Made by a program: the position numbers and the translations under genes. From Angustibacter luteus (lineage in GTDB: Bacteria; Actinomycetota; Actinomycetes; Actinomycetales; Angustibacteraceae), in NCBI RefSeq assembly GCF_039541115.1, contig NZ_BAABFP010000005.1, forward strand, positions 558,001 to 622,000: a DNA stretch of 64,000 nucleotides, in the 5' to 3' direction. Under the pieces are notes generated by a model. It had not been told where the DNA came from. It made no database searches and saw only the letters and a program-made list of their open reading frames with translations. Positions 26,761-36,478 of this stretch are shown here, piece by piece (position 1 is the stretch's first letter; each line of letters opens with the position of its first letter).

Positions 26761-28669
26761 ACACCCGCCCGCCGCTGCGGCGGGCCATCGCGTCGACGAA
26801 CCGGCGCAGGCTGGGGTCCTCGCCGAGCATGAAGACGTTCAGCACCGCGCCGTAGCGGGTGAGCTGGTCGATCTCGTCGACGGTGGCCCGCAGGGTCTCG
26901 GCCCGAGGGGGCCAGGCGAACGCCGCCTCGCCGTCGGGCAGCAGGTGCGCGGTCGGCTCGCCGTCGGTGACCACCAGCACCACGGGGTCGCCGTCGCTGT
27001 GCTTGCGCAGGTGCCGGCGGGCCAATTGCAGCGCGTGCTGGAGGTTGGTGCCCTGCACGAAGTCCGGCTCGGCTGCCGCCAGCTCGCCGGCGGACAGCGT
27101 CAGGGCGTACCGGCCGAACCCGATGATCTGCAACGCGTCCTGCGGGAACTGGGTGGCGACGAGGTGGGAGAGCGCCAGCGCGGTCTGCTTCATCGGTCCC
27201 CAGCGGCCCTCGGAGACCATCGAGAACGACATGTCCACGCACAGCGCCACGGCGGCGCCGGCCCGGCGCTCGGTCTCCACCACCTCGAAGTCCTCCACCG
27301 CGAGCGCGACCGCACCACCGGCAGCAGAGGCGTTGCGCCGCACCGCGTTCGAGACGGTGCGGACGACGTCGAGCGGCTGCTCGTCGCCGAACTCCCAGGC
27401 GCGGGAGGCGCCGGTCGCCTCCCCGGCCGCTCCCGCGGACTGGACGTCGTGCGTGCCGCGGGACGCCGACTCGATGCGGGCGAACACCCGCTGCAGCGCG
27501 GTGGATCCCAAGCGTCGCAGCGCCTTTGGGCTCAGCACGGTGTCCGCGGCGCTGCCGGACAGCCACCCCTGCCGGCGCAGCTCGCGCTCCAGCTCGCGCA
27601 GCCGGCGGACGTCGTCGGCCGCACCGCGCCCGAGCTGGCGTTCCACGGCCTCGACGTCGACGTCGTCCAGGGTGGCGCCGGCGTGCTCCTGGCCCAGCTG
27701 GTCCAGCAGGTCGTCCAGCTCGGCCACCTCGGCCAACGCGCCGGTCGCCTCGCCGTAGCCGAGTGGCTCCTCCCCGCGGCCCTGCTCGCCGCGGCCCCAG
27801 GACAGGTCGGGCCGCAGCGCACGCAGGTTCTCCGACAGCGCGGCCATCTGCTCGGCGACCCCGGCCTGACCGAGCGCCTGCTCCATCAGCCCGGCCAGCT
27901 CGGCGCGCTGGGACGGCGTGAGCGAGCGCATCAGCCGCTCGCCGGCGGCGGCCCGGCGGGCCAGCAGGTCGACCAGCTCGTCGACGTCCTGCGGCTGCTC
28001 GGGGAAGAACTCGCCGTGCTCGCGCATGAACTCGGCGAAGGAGTCCGTCGTGTCCTCGCCGCGGGCGTGCTGGCCGAGCAGCTCGTTGAGGTCGGCGAGC
28101 ATGGACTGCAGCGCCGCGGCGGCCTGCGGGTCGCGCGCCGGGTCGGCGCCCTGGAGCGCGTCACGCATGCCCTCGAACCGCTGACCGAGGACGTCGTCCC
28201 GCAGCTCGTCCAGGATCCGCTGGTAGTCCGCCCGGGCCTCGTCGCTGGTCCAGTCGTACTCGGACAGCTCCTGCACGGCCCGGGACGTGGAGCGCGGCAG
28301 CGCGTCCAGCTGCGCCTCGGCGAACCGCGCGTCGTCGTCCGCGCGCTGGGCGAGGGCCTCCCGCTCGGCGGCCAGCGCCTGGTCCAGCAGGGCCTGGGCC
28401 CGGGTGATGGTGCCGTCCAACCGGCCGCGGCGCAGCGCCTCGCGGCGCATCCGGCGGGCCCGCTCGTGCAGGTCGTCCAGCCCGTGTCCGCGCTCCCCGT
28501 CGGGCCCGCGGTGCAGCAGGTCGCGCAACGCGTCGCGCAGGCTCGAGCCGGCCAGCACCTCCTCGCCGAGCTGGTCCACCGCGGACCGGACGTCGTACGG
28601 CGGTGCCAGCGGATCCGGACCGCCCTGCCAGGCGCCGTACCGGCTGCGCCGGCCGGGGTGACGCGCCAC
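26678..28669 (-). CDS. VWA-domain protein (Rv0959-like)
   Basis: DMSFSM MIDAS, GTNLQHAL, VVTDGEPTAH. Confidence 0.88.
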   Translation of the reverse strand: MARHPGRRSRYGAWQGGPDPLAPPYDVRSAVDQLGEEVLAGSSLRDALRDLLHRGPDGERGHGLDDLHERARRMRREALRRGRLDGTITRAQALLDQALAAEREALAQRADDDARFAEAQLDALPRSTSRAVQELSEYDWTSDEARADYQRILDELRDDVLGQRFEGMRDALQGADPARDPQAAAALQSMLADLNELLGQHARGEDTTDSFAEFMREHGEFFPEQPQDVDELVDLLARRAAAGERLMRSLTPSQRAELAGLMEQALGQAGVAEQMAALSENLRALRPDLSWGRGEQGRGEEPLGYGEATGALAEVAELDDLLDQLGQEHAGATLDDVDVEAVERQLGRGAADDVRRLRELERELRRQGWLSGSAADTVLSPKALRRLGSTALQRVFARIESASRGTHDVQSAGAAGEATGASRAWEFGDEQPLDVVRTVSNAVRRNASAAGGAVALAVEDFEVVETERRAGAAVALCVDMSFSMVSEGRWGPMKQTALALSHLVATQFPQDALQIIGFGRYALTLSAGELAAAEPDFVQGTNLQHALQLARRHLRKHSDGDPVVLVVTDGEPTAHLLPDGEAAFAWPPRAETLRATVDEIDQLTRYGAVLNVFMLGEDPSLRRFVDAMARRSGGRVFTPSAHDLGQYVVQDYLRARRGRRPGR

Positions 28670-28675
28670 GGCTGC

Positions 28676-30085
28676 TCAGCCCCCGTAGACCGTGCGGCCG
28701 TCGTCCGTCGTGGTCTTGGCGAGCCGTCGGGTCAGGTGCAGGCCCTCGAGCACCAGCTCGACGCCGGACGCCGCCTGGCCGGGGCTGGGTGCCTCCCCCA
28801 GCCCGAGCCGGTCCAGCACCTTCGCCAGCCCGGCGACCGTCCCGACCTGCTGGAGCACCTCGGCCGACGTCACGAGCTCGCCGGTCTCCACGCTCTCGCC
28901 GTCCTCCACGAGGGTGACGAACGAGCCCAGGTCCAGACCCGCCGTCCGGGACCGGAAGGTCTCGGCCACCGCGATCCGCAGCAGGTGCGCGAGCACCTCG
29001 GTCTCGCGTCCCTCCTCGCCGCTCTCGAACTCGACCTTGCCGCGCAGCGTCCCGACGATGGACTCGGTGTCCCCGACCCGGGCGACCGGCTCGTCCTCGC
29101 CGCGCAGCGCACCCCGGCGCAGCGCCGCGGCGGCCACCGTCTCGGCCCCGGCGACCGCGAACCGCGCCGAGACCCCGGACCGGGCGTCCACGGACGGCGA
29201 CTCGCGGACGTCGCGGGTGAACCGGGCGACGACCTCGAGCACGTGCTCGGGCACCTCGGCCACCAGCTCGGCCTCCTGGCGCACGAGGGTGATCTCGTCG
29301 TCCAGGTCCAGCGGGTAGTGGGTCCGGATCTCGGCGCCGAAGCGGTCCTTCAGCGGGGTGATGATGCGCCCGCGGTTGGTGTAGTCCTCCGGGTTCGCGC
29401 TGGCCACCAGCAGCAGGTCCAGCGGCAGCCGCAGCTGGTAGCCGCGCACCTGGACATCGCGCTCCTCCAGCACGTTCAGCAGCGAGACCTGGATCCGCTC
29501 GGCCAGGTCCGGCAGCTCGTTGATCGCGAAGATGCCGCGGTGCGTGCGCGGGACCAGCCCGTAGTGGATGGTCTCCGGGTCGCCCAGGGTGCGGCCCTGC
29601 GCCACCCGAATCGGGTCGACGTCCCCGATCAGGTCGCCGACGCTGGTGTCCGGCGTGGCGAGCTTCTCGCTGTAGCGCAGCGAGCGGTGCCGCCACGCGA
29701 CCGGCAGCTCGTCGCCCAGCTCGGCGGCGCGGCGGCGCGAGGCCGGGGTGATCGGGTCGTACGGGTGCTCGGCGAGCTCGGCGCCGTCGATGACCGGCGT
29801 CCACTCGTCGAGCAGCGCGACCAGGGATCGGATGAGCCGGGTCTTGCCCTGGCCCCGCTCGCCGAGCAGCACCAGGTCGTGCCCCGCGAGCAGGGCGCGC
29901 TCCAGCTCGGGCAGCACGGTGAGGTCGAAGCCGACGATGCCCTCGAAGCGGGGCTCGTCGTCGCGCATCAGGGCCAGCAGGTTGTGCCGGATCTCGGCCT
30001 TCACGCTGCGCAGCTGGTGCCCGCTGGCGCGCAGCTCGCCGAGGGTGGTGGGACGGTCCGGTGTGGTGTGCGAGGGGGCTGTCAC
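28676..30085 (-). CDS. AAA+ ATPase, Mg-chelatase-like (Rv0958-like)
   Basis: GERGQGKT, INELPDL, ANPEDYTNRGRIITPLKDRFG. Confidence 0.9.
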   Translation of the reverse strand: MTAPSHTTPDRPTTLGELRASGHQLRSVKAEIRHNLLALMRDDEPRFEGIVGFDLTVLPELERALLAGHDLVLLGERGQGKTRLIRSLVALLDEWTPVIDGAELAEHPYDPITPASRRRAAELGDELPVAWRHRSLRYSEKLATPDTSVGDLIGDVDPIRVAQGRTLGDPETIHYGLVPRTHRGIFAINELPDLAERIQVSLLNVLEERDVQVRGYQLRLPLDLLLVASANPEDYTNRGRIITPLKDRFGAEIRTHYPLDLDDEITLVRQEAELVAEVPEHVLEVVARFTRDVRESPSVDARSGVSARFAVAGAETVAAAALRRGALRGEDEPVARVGDTESIVGTLRGKVEFESGEEGRETEVLAHLLRIAVAETFRSRTAGLDLGSFVTLVEDGESVETGELVTSAEVLQQVGTVAGLAKVLDRLGLGEAPSPGQAASGVELVLEGLHLTRRLAKTTTDDGRTVYGG

Positions 30086-30138
30086 CCACTCACGCTACGT
30101 CGCGCCCGCCCCGGGCGCACAGGGGGTTTCCAGCGGCG

Positions 30139-32388
30139 TTACCAACGGACGAGATCGTCCATGCCCGCCGGGAGCGGTTCGCTGTGCAGGACGACGAGCC
30201 GCCGGGTCGGTCGCGACAACGCGACGTACAGGTCACTGAGGCCTCGTCGGGACGCCGAGACGACGGCCGCCGGCTCCACCACGACCACGTCGTCGAACTC
30301 CAGCCCCTTGACCTGCTCGGGCGCCAGCACGCTCACCCGGACCGTCAGGGCCGTCCGCTTCGCGTCACCGACCTGACCGGGCCACTGGTCCTCCAGGACC
30401 CGGGCCAGCTCGGGCACCTCCGCCAGCGGCGCCACCACCGCGATGGTGCCCTCCTCCGAGGCGGTCAGCAGCGAGGCCACCACCTCGACCACGGCTTGGC
30501 CGTCGCCAGGGGCGCGCTCACGCACGGCGGGATCCACCTCGCCCTCGCGGACGGACTCGACCGCCGTCACCGGCAGCCCGTTGGCTCGCGCCATGGCGTC
30601 GGCGACCCGCAGCACGCGGCCCGGCGTGCGGTAGCTGACGCTCAGCTCGCGCTCGCGCCAGCGCCCGGCGGCCACCGGCTGCAGGGCCTCCGCCCACGAG
30701 GAGGCGCCGCCGACCGTGCCGCGCTGGGCGAGGTCACCCACGACGGTCCAGGACCGTGCGGGGCAGCGGCGAGAAAGCAGGCGCCACATCATCGGGGTCA
30801 GCTCCTGCGCCTCGTCGACCACGAGGTGCCCGAACGCCCAGGAGCGGTCGGCCTCCGCGCGCTCGGCCACGCTCAGCGCCGGCCCCATCTCCGCGAACTG
30901 GTTCGCGAGCATCTCGGCACCGATCCCGGGGGCCTGCGGGTCCACCAGACCGGTCATGCCCAGCACGTCCTTGGCGTACTCGAGCTCCGCCGCCCGCTCC
31001 TGCGCACGCTGGCGACCCTCGACCCGCCCGGCCTCGCCGTCGTCACCGACCAGCTCGGCGACCTCGTCCAGCAGCGGGACGTCGGACAGCGTGAACGGCT
31101 GGTCGCGGTCGCGCTCGAGCCGGGCGCGCTCGGCTGCACTCAGCGCGTCACCGGCCGACGCGATCCGCACGGGCGTGGCGAACAGGTCCTGCAGGAAGCG
31201 CTGCGGGGTGAGGGGCATCCACAGCAGGTTCAGGTTGACCCGCACGTCGCGACTGTCCCGCAGGTCCGCGTCGAGCTCCTGCCGCAGCTCGTCCGACAGG
31301 GTCTGGCCCATCTGCTGGGCGAGCTGGCCGGCGAGGTGGCGCAGCATGTCCTTGACGAACGTCACCCGTGCGGCGTTGTGCGCGGCCCCGGTCGACCGGG
31401 CCCGGGCCCTGGCCGCGGCGACGGCCGAGCGGGTCAGGGTCAACCGGTGCGACCCGACGCGCAGCTCGAGGTCCTCGTCCGGCAGCCGCTGACGGTCCCG
31501 CACGGCGTTGGCGAGCACCTCCACCATGCGCAGGTCGCCCTTGACCTGGGCGACGTCGTCGCCGTCGTCCGTGCTGGCCTCGACGCCGGGGAACAGCGAA
31601 CCAGGGGTGGCCATCACGACGCCGGACTCGCCGAGCGAGGGCAGCACCTGCTCGATGTACCGCAGGAACAGCGGCCCGGGGCCGACGACCAGGACGCCCG
31701 AGCGCTCGAGCCGCTGGCGGTAGGTGAACAGCAGGTAGGCAGCGCGGTGCAGCGCGACGGCCGTCTTGCCCGTGCCCGGGCCGCCCTGGACCACCAGCAC
31801 GCCGGCGAGCTCGTCCCGCACGATGCGGTCCTGCTCGGCCTGGATCGTCGCCACGATGTCGCCCATGCGACCGGTGCGCGGCGCCCGCACGGCCGCCATC
31901 AGTGCGCCCTCGCCCTGCAGGGTGGCCCGTTCGTCGTCGTCGATCGCCTCGAGGTCGAGCACCTCGTCATCCAGGTGCACGACCTCGCGGCCGGACGTCG
32001 TCAGGTGCCGGCGCCTGATCACCTCGCCCGGGGCGGCCGGTGTGGCCTGGTAGAACGGCGCGGCGACCGGCGCGCGCCAGTCGACCAGCAGCTTGTCCTG
32101 GTGGTCGTCGCTGAGCCCGATGCGGCCGATGTGGTGCCGTTCGCCGCCGCGCAGGTCGAGGCGGCCGAAGCAGAGCCGGTCCTGGACGTTGCGCAGCTGG
32201 GCGAGGCGGAACTCCAGCGTCGTGGACATCGCGTCGCGCTCGGAACGCGCCTGCGGCGTGCCCACCGACCCCGTGCGCCGGATCGCCGTCAGCTGCCGCT
32301 CCGCGGCCGCGACGATGGCGTCCAGCCGTCCGTACACCACATCGAGGTGCGCCTGCTCGGCAGCGCGGTCCCCGCTCAGGTCGCTCAC
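30139..32388 (-). CDS. helD: HelD-family RNA polymerase recycling ATPase
   Basis: LCFGRLD, HIGRIG, DWRAP, DIVATIQAEQD, GGPGTGKT, VDEAQE, KGLEFD, YVALSR. Confidence 0.88.
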   Translation of the reverse strand: MSDLSGDRAAEQAHLDVVYGRLDAIVAAAERQLTAIRRTGSVGTPQARSERDAMSTTLEFRLAQLRNVQDRLCFGRLDLRGGERHHIGRIGLSDDHQDKLLVDWRAPVAAPFYQATPAAPGEVIRRRHLTTSGREVVHLDDEVLDLEAIDDDERATLQGEGALMAAVRAPRTGRMGDIVATIQAEQDRIVRDELAGVLVVQGGPGTGKTAVALHRAAYLLFTYRQRLERSGVLVVGPGPLFLRYIEQVLPSLGESGVVMATPGSLFPGVEASTDDGDDVAQVKGDLRMVEVLANAVRDRQRLPDEDLELRVGSHRLTLTRSAVAAARARARSTGAAHNAARVTFVKDMLRHLAGQLAQQMGQTLSDELRQELDADLRDSRDVRVNLNLLWMPLTPQRFLQDLFATPVRIASAGDALSAAERARLERDRDQPFTLSDVPLLDEVAELVGDDGEAGRVEGRQRAQERAAELEYAKDVLGMTGLVDPQAPGIGAEMLANQFAEMGPALSVAERAEADRSWAFGHLVVDEAQELTPMMWRLLSRRCPARSWTVVGDLAQRGTVGGASSWAEALQPVAAGRWRERELSVSYRTPGRVLRVADAMARANGLPVTAVESVREGEVDPAVRERAPGDGQAVVEVVASLLTASEEGTIAVVAPLAEVPELARVLEDQWPGQVGDAKRTALTVRVSVLAPEQVKGLEFDDVVVVEPAAVVSASRRGLSDLYVALSRPTRRLVVLHSEPLPAGMDDLVRW

Positions 32389-32407
32389 AGGCTGGGCCTC
32401 CCGGTCG

Positions 32408-32429
32408 CGCGCCAGCGGTGGCTGGCGCG
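32408..32429. other. 9-bp hairpin in the helD 5' leader
   Basis: CGCGCCAGC-GGTG-GCTGGCGCG, between a TAGGAT -10 and the GGGAGG RBS on the minus strand. Confidence 0.5.
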
Positions 32430-32482
32430 GGCATCAATCCTATGCCACGCCGCCGACGTCCACCTGCAGATACCGTTCGTCC

Positions 32483-33025
32483 GTGAGTCCAGCCCTCGAC
32501 GTCCGGCGCCCCGCGCTCGCCCACGCCCCGCTCCTCGCCGACCCGGTCGCCGCCGCGCTGCAGGCCTGGGTGCACGCGGACGGCGTCGGCGTCGCCGCGA
32601 TCGACCCCGACCTGGCGGACACCGCCGCCTTCGTCGAGGCGTACGGCGTGGCCTCGGACGCGTCGGCGAACTGCGTCGTCGTCGGCGGGCGGCGCGACGG
32701 CGTCGAGCGGATTGCGGCGTGTGTCGTGCTGGCCACCACCCGGGCCGACGTCAACGGGATCGTGCGCCGCGCCCTGGACGTCCGCAAGGCGTCGTTCCTG
32801 CCGATGGACCGGGCCGTCGAGCTGACGGGCATGGAGTACGGCGGGATCACCCCGATCGGGCTGCCCGCCGACTGGCTGCTCCTGGTGGACGAGGCCGTGA
32901 CGCTGGCCGGGCGGGTCATCGTGGGCTCGGGGCTGCGGCGCAGCAAGATCGAGGTCCCCGGAGCGGACCTCGCCCGGCTCCCCCGGGCCACCGTGGTGCC
33001 GGGCCTCGGCCGCCCAGTGGGCTGA
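32483..33025 (+). CDS. YbaK/EbsC family protein
   Basis: IDPDLADT, SANCVVV, TGMEYGGITPIG; TACCGT 6 nt before GTG. Confidence 0.88.
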   Translation: MSPALDVRRPALAHAPLLADPVAAALQAWVHADGVGVAAIDPDLADTAAFVEAYGVASDASANCVVVGGRRDGVERIAACVVLATTRADVNGIVRRALDVRKASFLPMDRAVELTGMEYGGITPIGLPADWLLLVDEAVTLAGRVIVGSGLRRSKIEVPGADLARLPRATVVPGLGRPVG

Positions 33026-33037
33026 GCCGATCCGACG

Positions 33038-33847
33038 TCAGGGGCGCAGCGCCCAGAAGGCGACGGCGCTGGCCGCCGCCACGTTGAGCGAGTCGACGCC
33101 ACCAACCATGGGGATCCGCACCACCAGGTCGGACGCCGCCACCGTCGACTCCGCGAGCCCGTGGCCTTCCGTGCCGAGCACCAGGGCCAGCCGGTCCGGT
33201 GGCGCTGCGGCCAGCTCGTCCAGCGGCACCGCGGACGCGGACAGGGCGAAGGACGCCACCGTGAAGCCGTCGTCCCGCAACGTCTGCATCCCCTCCGGCC
33301 ACGGGTCGATGCGGGTCCACGGCACCTGGAAGACCGTCCCCATCGAGACCCGGACGCTGCGTCGGTAGAGCGGGTCCGCGCACTGCGGGGTCACCAGCAC
33401 GGCGTCCACGCCGAGCGCCGCCGCCGACCGGAACATCGCGCCCACGTTCGTGTGGTCCACGACGTCCTCCAGCACGGCGACCCGGCGCGCCCCGCGGACG
33501 ACGTCCTGCACCGTGGGCAGGTCGGGCCGGTGCATCGCGGCGATCGCGCCGCGGTGCAGGTGGAAGCCGGTCAGCGCCTGCAGCACCGACGGCTCGCCGA
33601 CGAACACGGGGACGCCGTCCCGCTCGGCATCCGCGACCACGTCCGCGAGGTCGTCCAACCACCGCGGCGCCATCAGGAACGAGCGCGGTCGGTGTCCCGC
33701 GGCCAGCGCGCGACGGATCACCTTCTCGCTCTCCGCCAGGTACAGGCCCTGCTCGGGCTCGCGCAGCCGGCGCAGCGCGACGTCCGTGAGGCTCGTGTAG
33801 TCGGCCACCCGCGGGTCGGCCGGGTCCTCGATCCGCTGCACGCTCAC
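33038..33847 (-). CDS. TrmH/SpoU family RNA methyltransferase
   Basis: DHTNVGAMFRSA, LGTEGHGL, IPM..VDSLNV. Confidence 0.92.
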   Translation of the reverse strand: MSVQRIEDPADPRVADYTSLTDVALRRLREPEQGLYLAESEKVIRRALAAGHRPRSFLMAPRWLDDLADVVADAERDGVPVFVGEPSVLQALTGFHLHRGAIAAMHRPDLPTVQDVVRGARRVAVLEDVVDHTNVGAMFRSAAALGVDAVLVTPQCADPLYRRSVRVSMGTVFQVPWTRIDPWPEGMQTLRDDGFTVASFALSASAVPLDELAAAPPDRLALVLGTEGHGLAESTVAASDLVVRIPMVGGVDSLNVAAASAVAFWALRP

Positions 33848-34620
33848 CCGGTCGTCACCACCTTCACGATGGCCACCAGGCCGACCACCACGATGAACAC
33901 GCGCAGCGCGCCGGGCGGCAGCCGCCGTCCGTAGCGCGAACCGAGCACACCGCCCAGGAGCGAACCGGCGGCGATCAGCGCCACCACCCGCCAGTCGATG
34001 TGGTCGCGGGCGACGACCAGGAACGTGAGCGCCGCGACGCTGTTCACGACCAGGGCCAGCACGTTCTTGACGCCGTTGAGGCGCTGCATGGACTCGGGCA
34101 CCAGGGAGCCGAGCAGCCCCATCAGCAGCACGCCCTGGGCAGCGCCGAAGTACCCGCCGTAGGCGCCGGCGCCGAGGGTGCCGGCCATCAGCAGCGCCCG
34201 GTGCCACCGGCTCTCGTCCTGGTCGGGATCCGCGTGCCGGGCCGCGACCCGGGCCTGCAGGCGAGGCTGCAGCACCACCAGCACCAGCGAGATCGCCAGC
34301 AGCACCGGGACGATCGCCTCGAAGGCCGACGCGGGCAGGCGCAGCAGGAGCAGCGCCCCGACCATCGCACCGACGAACGACATCGGCGCCAGCAGCCGGA
34401 GCAGCCGCCCCTGCCCGGCCAGCTCGCATCGGTAGCCCCAGGTGCCCGAGACGCCGCCGGGCACCAGCCCGATGTTGTTGGACACGTTGGCGGTCACCGG
34501 CGGGAAGCCGAACGCCAGCAGGGTCGGGAAGGTGATCAGGCTGCCCGAGCCGACGATCGTGTTGATGGTGCCGGCGGCGACGCCCGCAGCGAAGATCGCG
34601 AGCACCTCGAACCAGGACAC
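33844..34620 (-). CDS. TauE/SafE family membrane protein
   Basis: GSGSLITFP, YGGYFGAAQG. Confidence 0.88.
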   Translation of the reverse strand: MSWFEVLAIFAAGVAAGTINTIVGSGSLITFPTLLAFGFPPVTANVSNNIGLVPGGVSGTWGYRCELAGQGRLLRLLAPMSFVGAMVGALLLLRLPASAFEAIVPVLLAISLVLVVLQPRLQARVAARHADPDQDESRWHRALLMAGTLGAGAYGGYFGAAQGVLLMGLLGSLVPESMQRLNGVKNVLALVVNSVAALTFLVVARDHIDWRVVALIAAGSLLGGVLGSRYGRRLPPGALRVFIVVVGLVAIVKVVTTG

Positions 34621-34647
34621 CCCGCGACCCTAGGCGAGGCCGGCCCG

Positions 34648-35862
34648 TCAGGCCCGGGGAGGGTCCTGCCCGTCGTCCTGCCCGTCGTCCTGCCCGGCGT
34701 CCGGGCCGGGGGCGGGCGGCGCGGGCGGCACCACCGGCGGTGGGACGTCCTCGACGTCGCCCAGCAGCCCGGGCTGGGACGCCGACCGGCTGGGCATCGG
34801 TCCCGGGTGGATGCCCGCACTGGCCGCACCCTCGGCCTCGGCGCTGGCGCCGGCCGCCTCACGTCGGGCCTGGGCCAGCGCCTCGTTCGGGTCCTGCAGC
34901 ACGGGAGCCTCGAACGGCAGGTCGTCGGGTGGGGGCGGCGCGGCCGACCCACCCGCCGGTGCGGGGCCGTCGGGCTCGGGCTGCAGCCGGCCGAGTACGC
35001 CGCCGATGCCCTTGAGCGCCTCGCCGAGCTCACTCGGCACGATCCACAGCTTGTTGCTGTCACCGCGGGCGATCTGCGGCAGCATCTGCAGGTACTGGTA
35101 CGCCAGCAGCTTCTGGTCAGGGTTGCCGCGGTGGATCGCGTCGAACACCTGCTGGATGGCGCGGGCCTCGCCGGTCGCGTTGAGGATCGCGGCCTGGGCG
35201 GTGCCCTCGGCGCGCAGGATGTTGGACTGCTTCTCGCCCTCGGCGGTGAGGATCTGGGCCTGCTTGACACCCTCGGCGGTGAGGATCGTGGCGCGGCGGT
35301 CCCGCTCGGCCCGCATCTGCTTCTCCATCGAGTCCTGCACCGAGGCCGGCGGGTCGATGGCCTTGAGCTCCACCCGGTTCACCCGGATCCCCCACTTGCC
35401 GGTGGCCTCGTCCAGGACGCCGCGCAGCTGCCCGTTGATCTGGTCGCGGCTGGTCAGCGTCTGCTCCAGGTCGAGCGAGCCGATGACGTTGCGCAGCGTG
35501 GTGACGGTCAGCTGCTCGATGCCCTGGATGTAGTTGGCGATCTCGTAGACCGCCGACTTCGGGTCGGTCACCTGGAAGTAGATGACCGTGTCGATGCTCA
35601 CCACCAGGTTGTCCGAGGTGATCACGGGCTGCGGCGGGAAGGAGACGACCTGCTCGCGCAGGTCGACGTTGGCACGAGGCTTGTCGATGAAGGGGATCAG
35701 CAGGTGCAGCCCCGCCTCCAGCGTGCGCGAGTACCGGCCCAGCCGTTCGATGATGATCGCCGTCGCCTGGGACACCACCCGGATCGTGCGGGCGATGACG
35801 ATGACGACGAACAGCAGCAGCAGCCCCAGGACTACCAGGACGACGATCTGGCCGGTACTCAC
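34648..35862 (-). CDS. SPFH/band 7 protein
   Basis: ERLGRY, ITSDN, TLRNVIG, WGIRVNRVE, QMRAER; Pro-rich tail. Confidence 0.93.
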   Translation of the reverse strand: MSTGQIVVLVVLGLLLLFVVIVIARTIRVVSQATAIIIERLGRYSRTLEAGLHLLIPFIDKPRANVDLREQVVSFPPQPVITSDNLVVSIDTVIYFQVTDPKSAVYEIANYIQGIEQLTVTTLRNVIGSLDLEQTLTSRDQINGQLRGVLDEATGKWGIRVNRVELKAIDPPASVQDSMEKQMRAERDRRATILTAEGVKQAQILTAEGEKQSNILRAEGTAQAAILNATGEARAIQQVFDAIHRGNPDQKLLAYQYLQMLPQIARGDSNKLWIVPSELGEALKGIGGVLGRLQPEPDGPAPAGGSAAPPPPDDLPFEAPVLQDPNEALAQARREAAGASAEAEGAASAGIHPGPMPSRSASQPGLLGDVEDVPPPVVPPAPPAPGPDAGQDDGQDDGQDPPRA

Positions 35863-36344
35863 GTAGTGCCCTCCGATTCCGGTTGGGTGACCGGGGCCTC
35901 GGCCGCGACGATCGCGGTGGCCCCGTCGATAGCGATGACGGTGACGTCCGCACCGGGCAGCAGCGCCTCAGGCGGACCGGTACGACGGGTGCGGGCGGAC
36001 CAGATCTCGCCGTGCAGCTTGACCCGGCCACCGGTCTCGGTCACGGTCTCGACCACGAGCGCGTGCCGGCCCACCAGGGCCGCGGAGCCGGTGAGGATCG
36101 CGTCGCCCATCCGCATCCGGCGGATGACCACCGGCCGCAGGAATCCCAGCAGCACCATGGCCACGACCACGAAGACCACGACCTGGACGATCACGTTGGC
36201 CCCGAACGCTGCGGCGACCGCGGCACCCAGCGCCCCGACCGCCAGCATGATGAAGACGAGGTCGAGCGTGGCCACCTCGATGGCACCGAGCAGCAGGGCA
36301 AGACCCAGCCAGGTCAGCGCCGGGTACTCCGTCAGCCAGTCCAT
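35859..36344 (-). CDS. NfeD family protein
   Basis: Hydrophobic N-terminus, GRVKLHGEIWSAR; 4-bp overlap with the SPFH gene. Confidence 0.9.
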   Translation of the reverse strand: MDWLTEYPALTWLGLALLLGAIEVATLDLVFIMLAVGALGAAVAAAFGANVIVQVVVFVVVAMVLLGFLRPVVIRRMRMGDAILTGSAALVGRHALVVETVTETGGRVKLHGEIWSARTRRTGPPEALLPGADVTVIAIDGATAIVAAEAPVTQPESEGTT

Positions 36345-36478
36345 GCGCCACCTTCTCGTGCGACGTCGGAACGCCGTCCCCACCGTTCAGACGCCTGGTC
36401 GGCCGCGGACGTTCCCCCGAGCGGCTCACCTTCCCACGCAGCGATCAAGTCGGCCACCGTCTCATCCGATAGTGCGCC

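Noticed and set aside
25897..30085. Sir2 + ATPase + VWA as an anti-phage system
   Set aside because: The sirtuin is a canonical Zn-binding deacylase on the opposite strand; the AAA/VWA pair is a common Rv0958/Rv0959-like module
30139..32445. HelR rifamycin-resistance gene with RAE operator
   Set aside because: I could not recognise an RAE palindrome upstream; the HelD subclass needs a phylogeny
26945..33087. Very long antisense ORFs (e.g. 1143 aa, 1008 aa; also 45416-48184 and 34000-36492)
   Set aside because: Shadow frames of real genes in high-GC DNA, with no recognisable motifs
34663..34695. 12-bp tandem repeat (GQDD x ~3) at the SPFH C-terminus
   Set aside because: In-frame low-complexity tail with no functional signal
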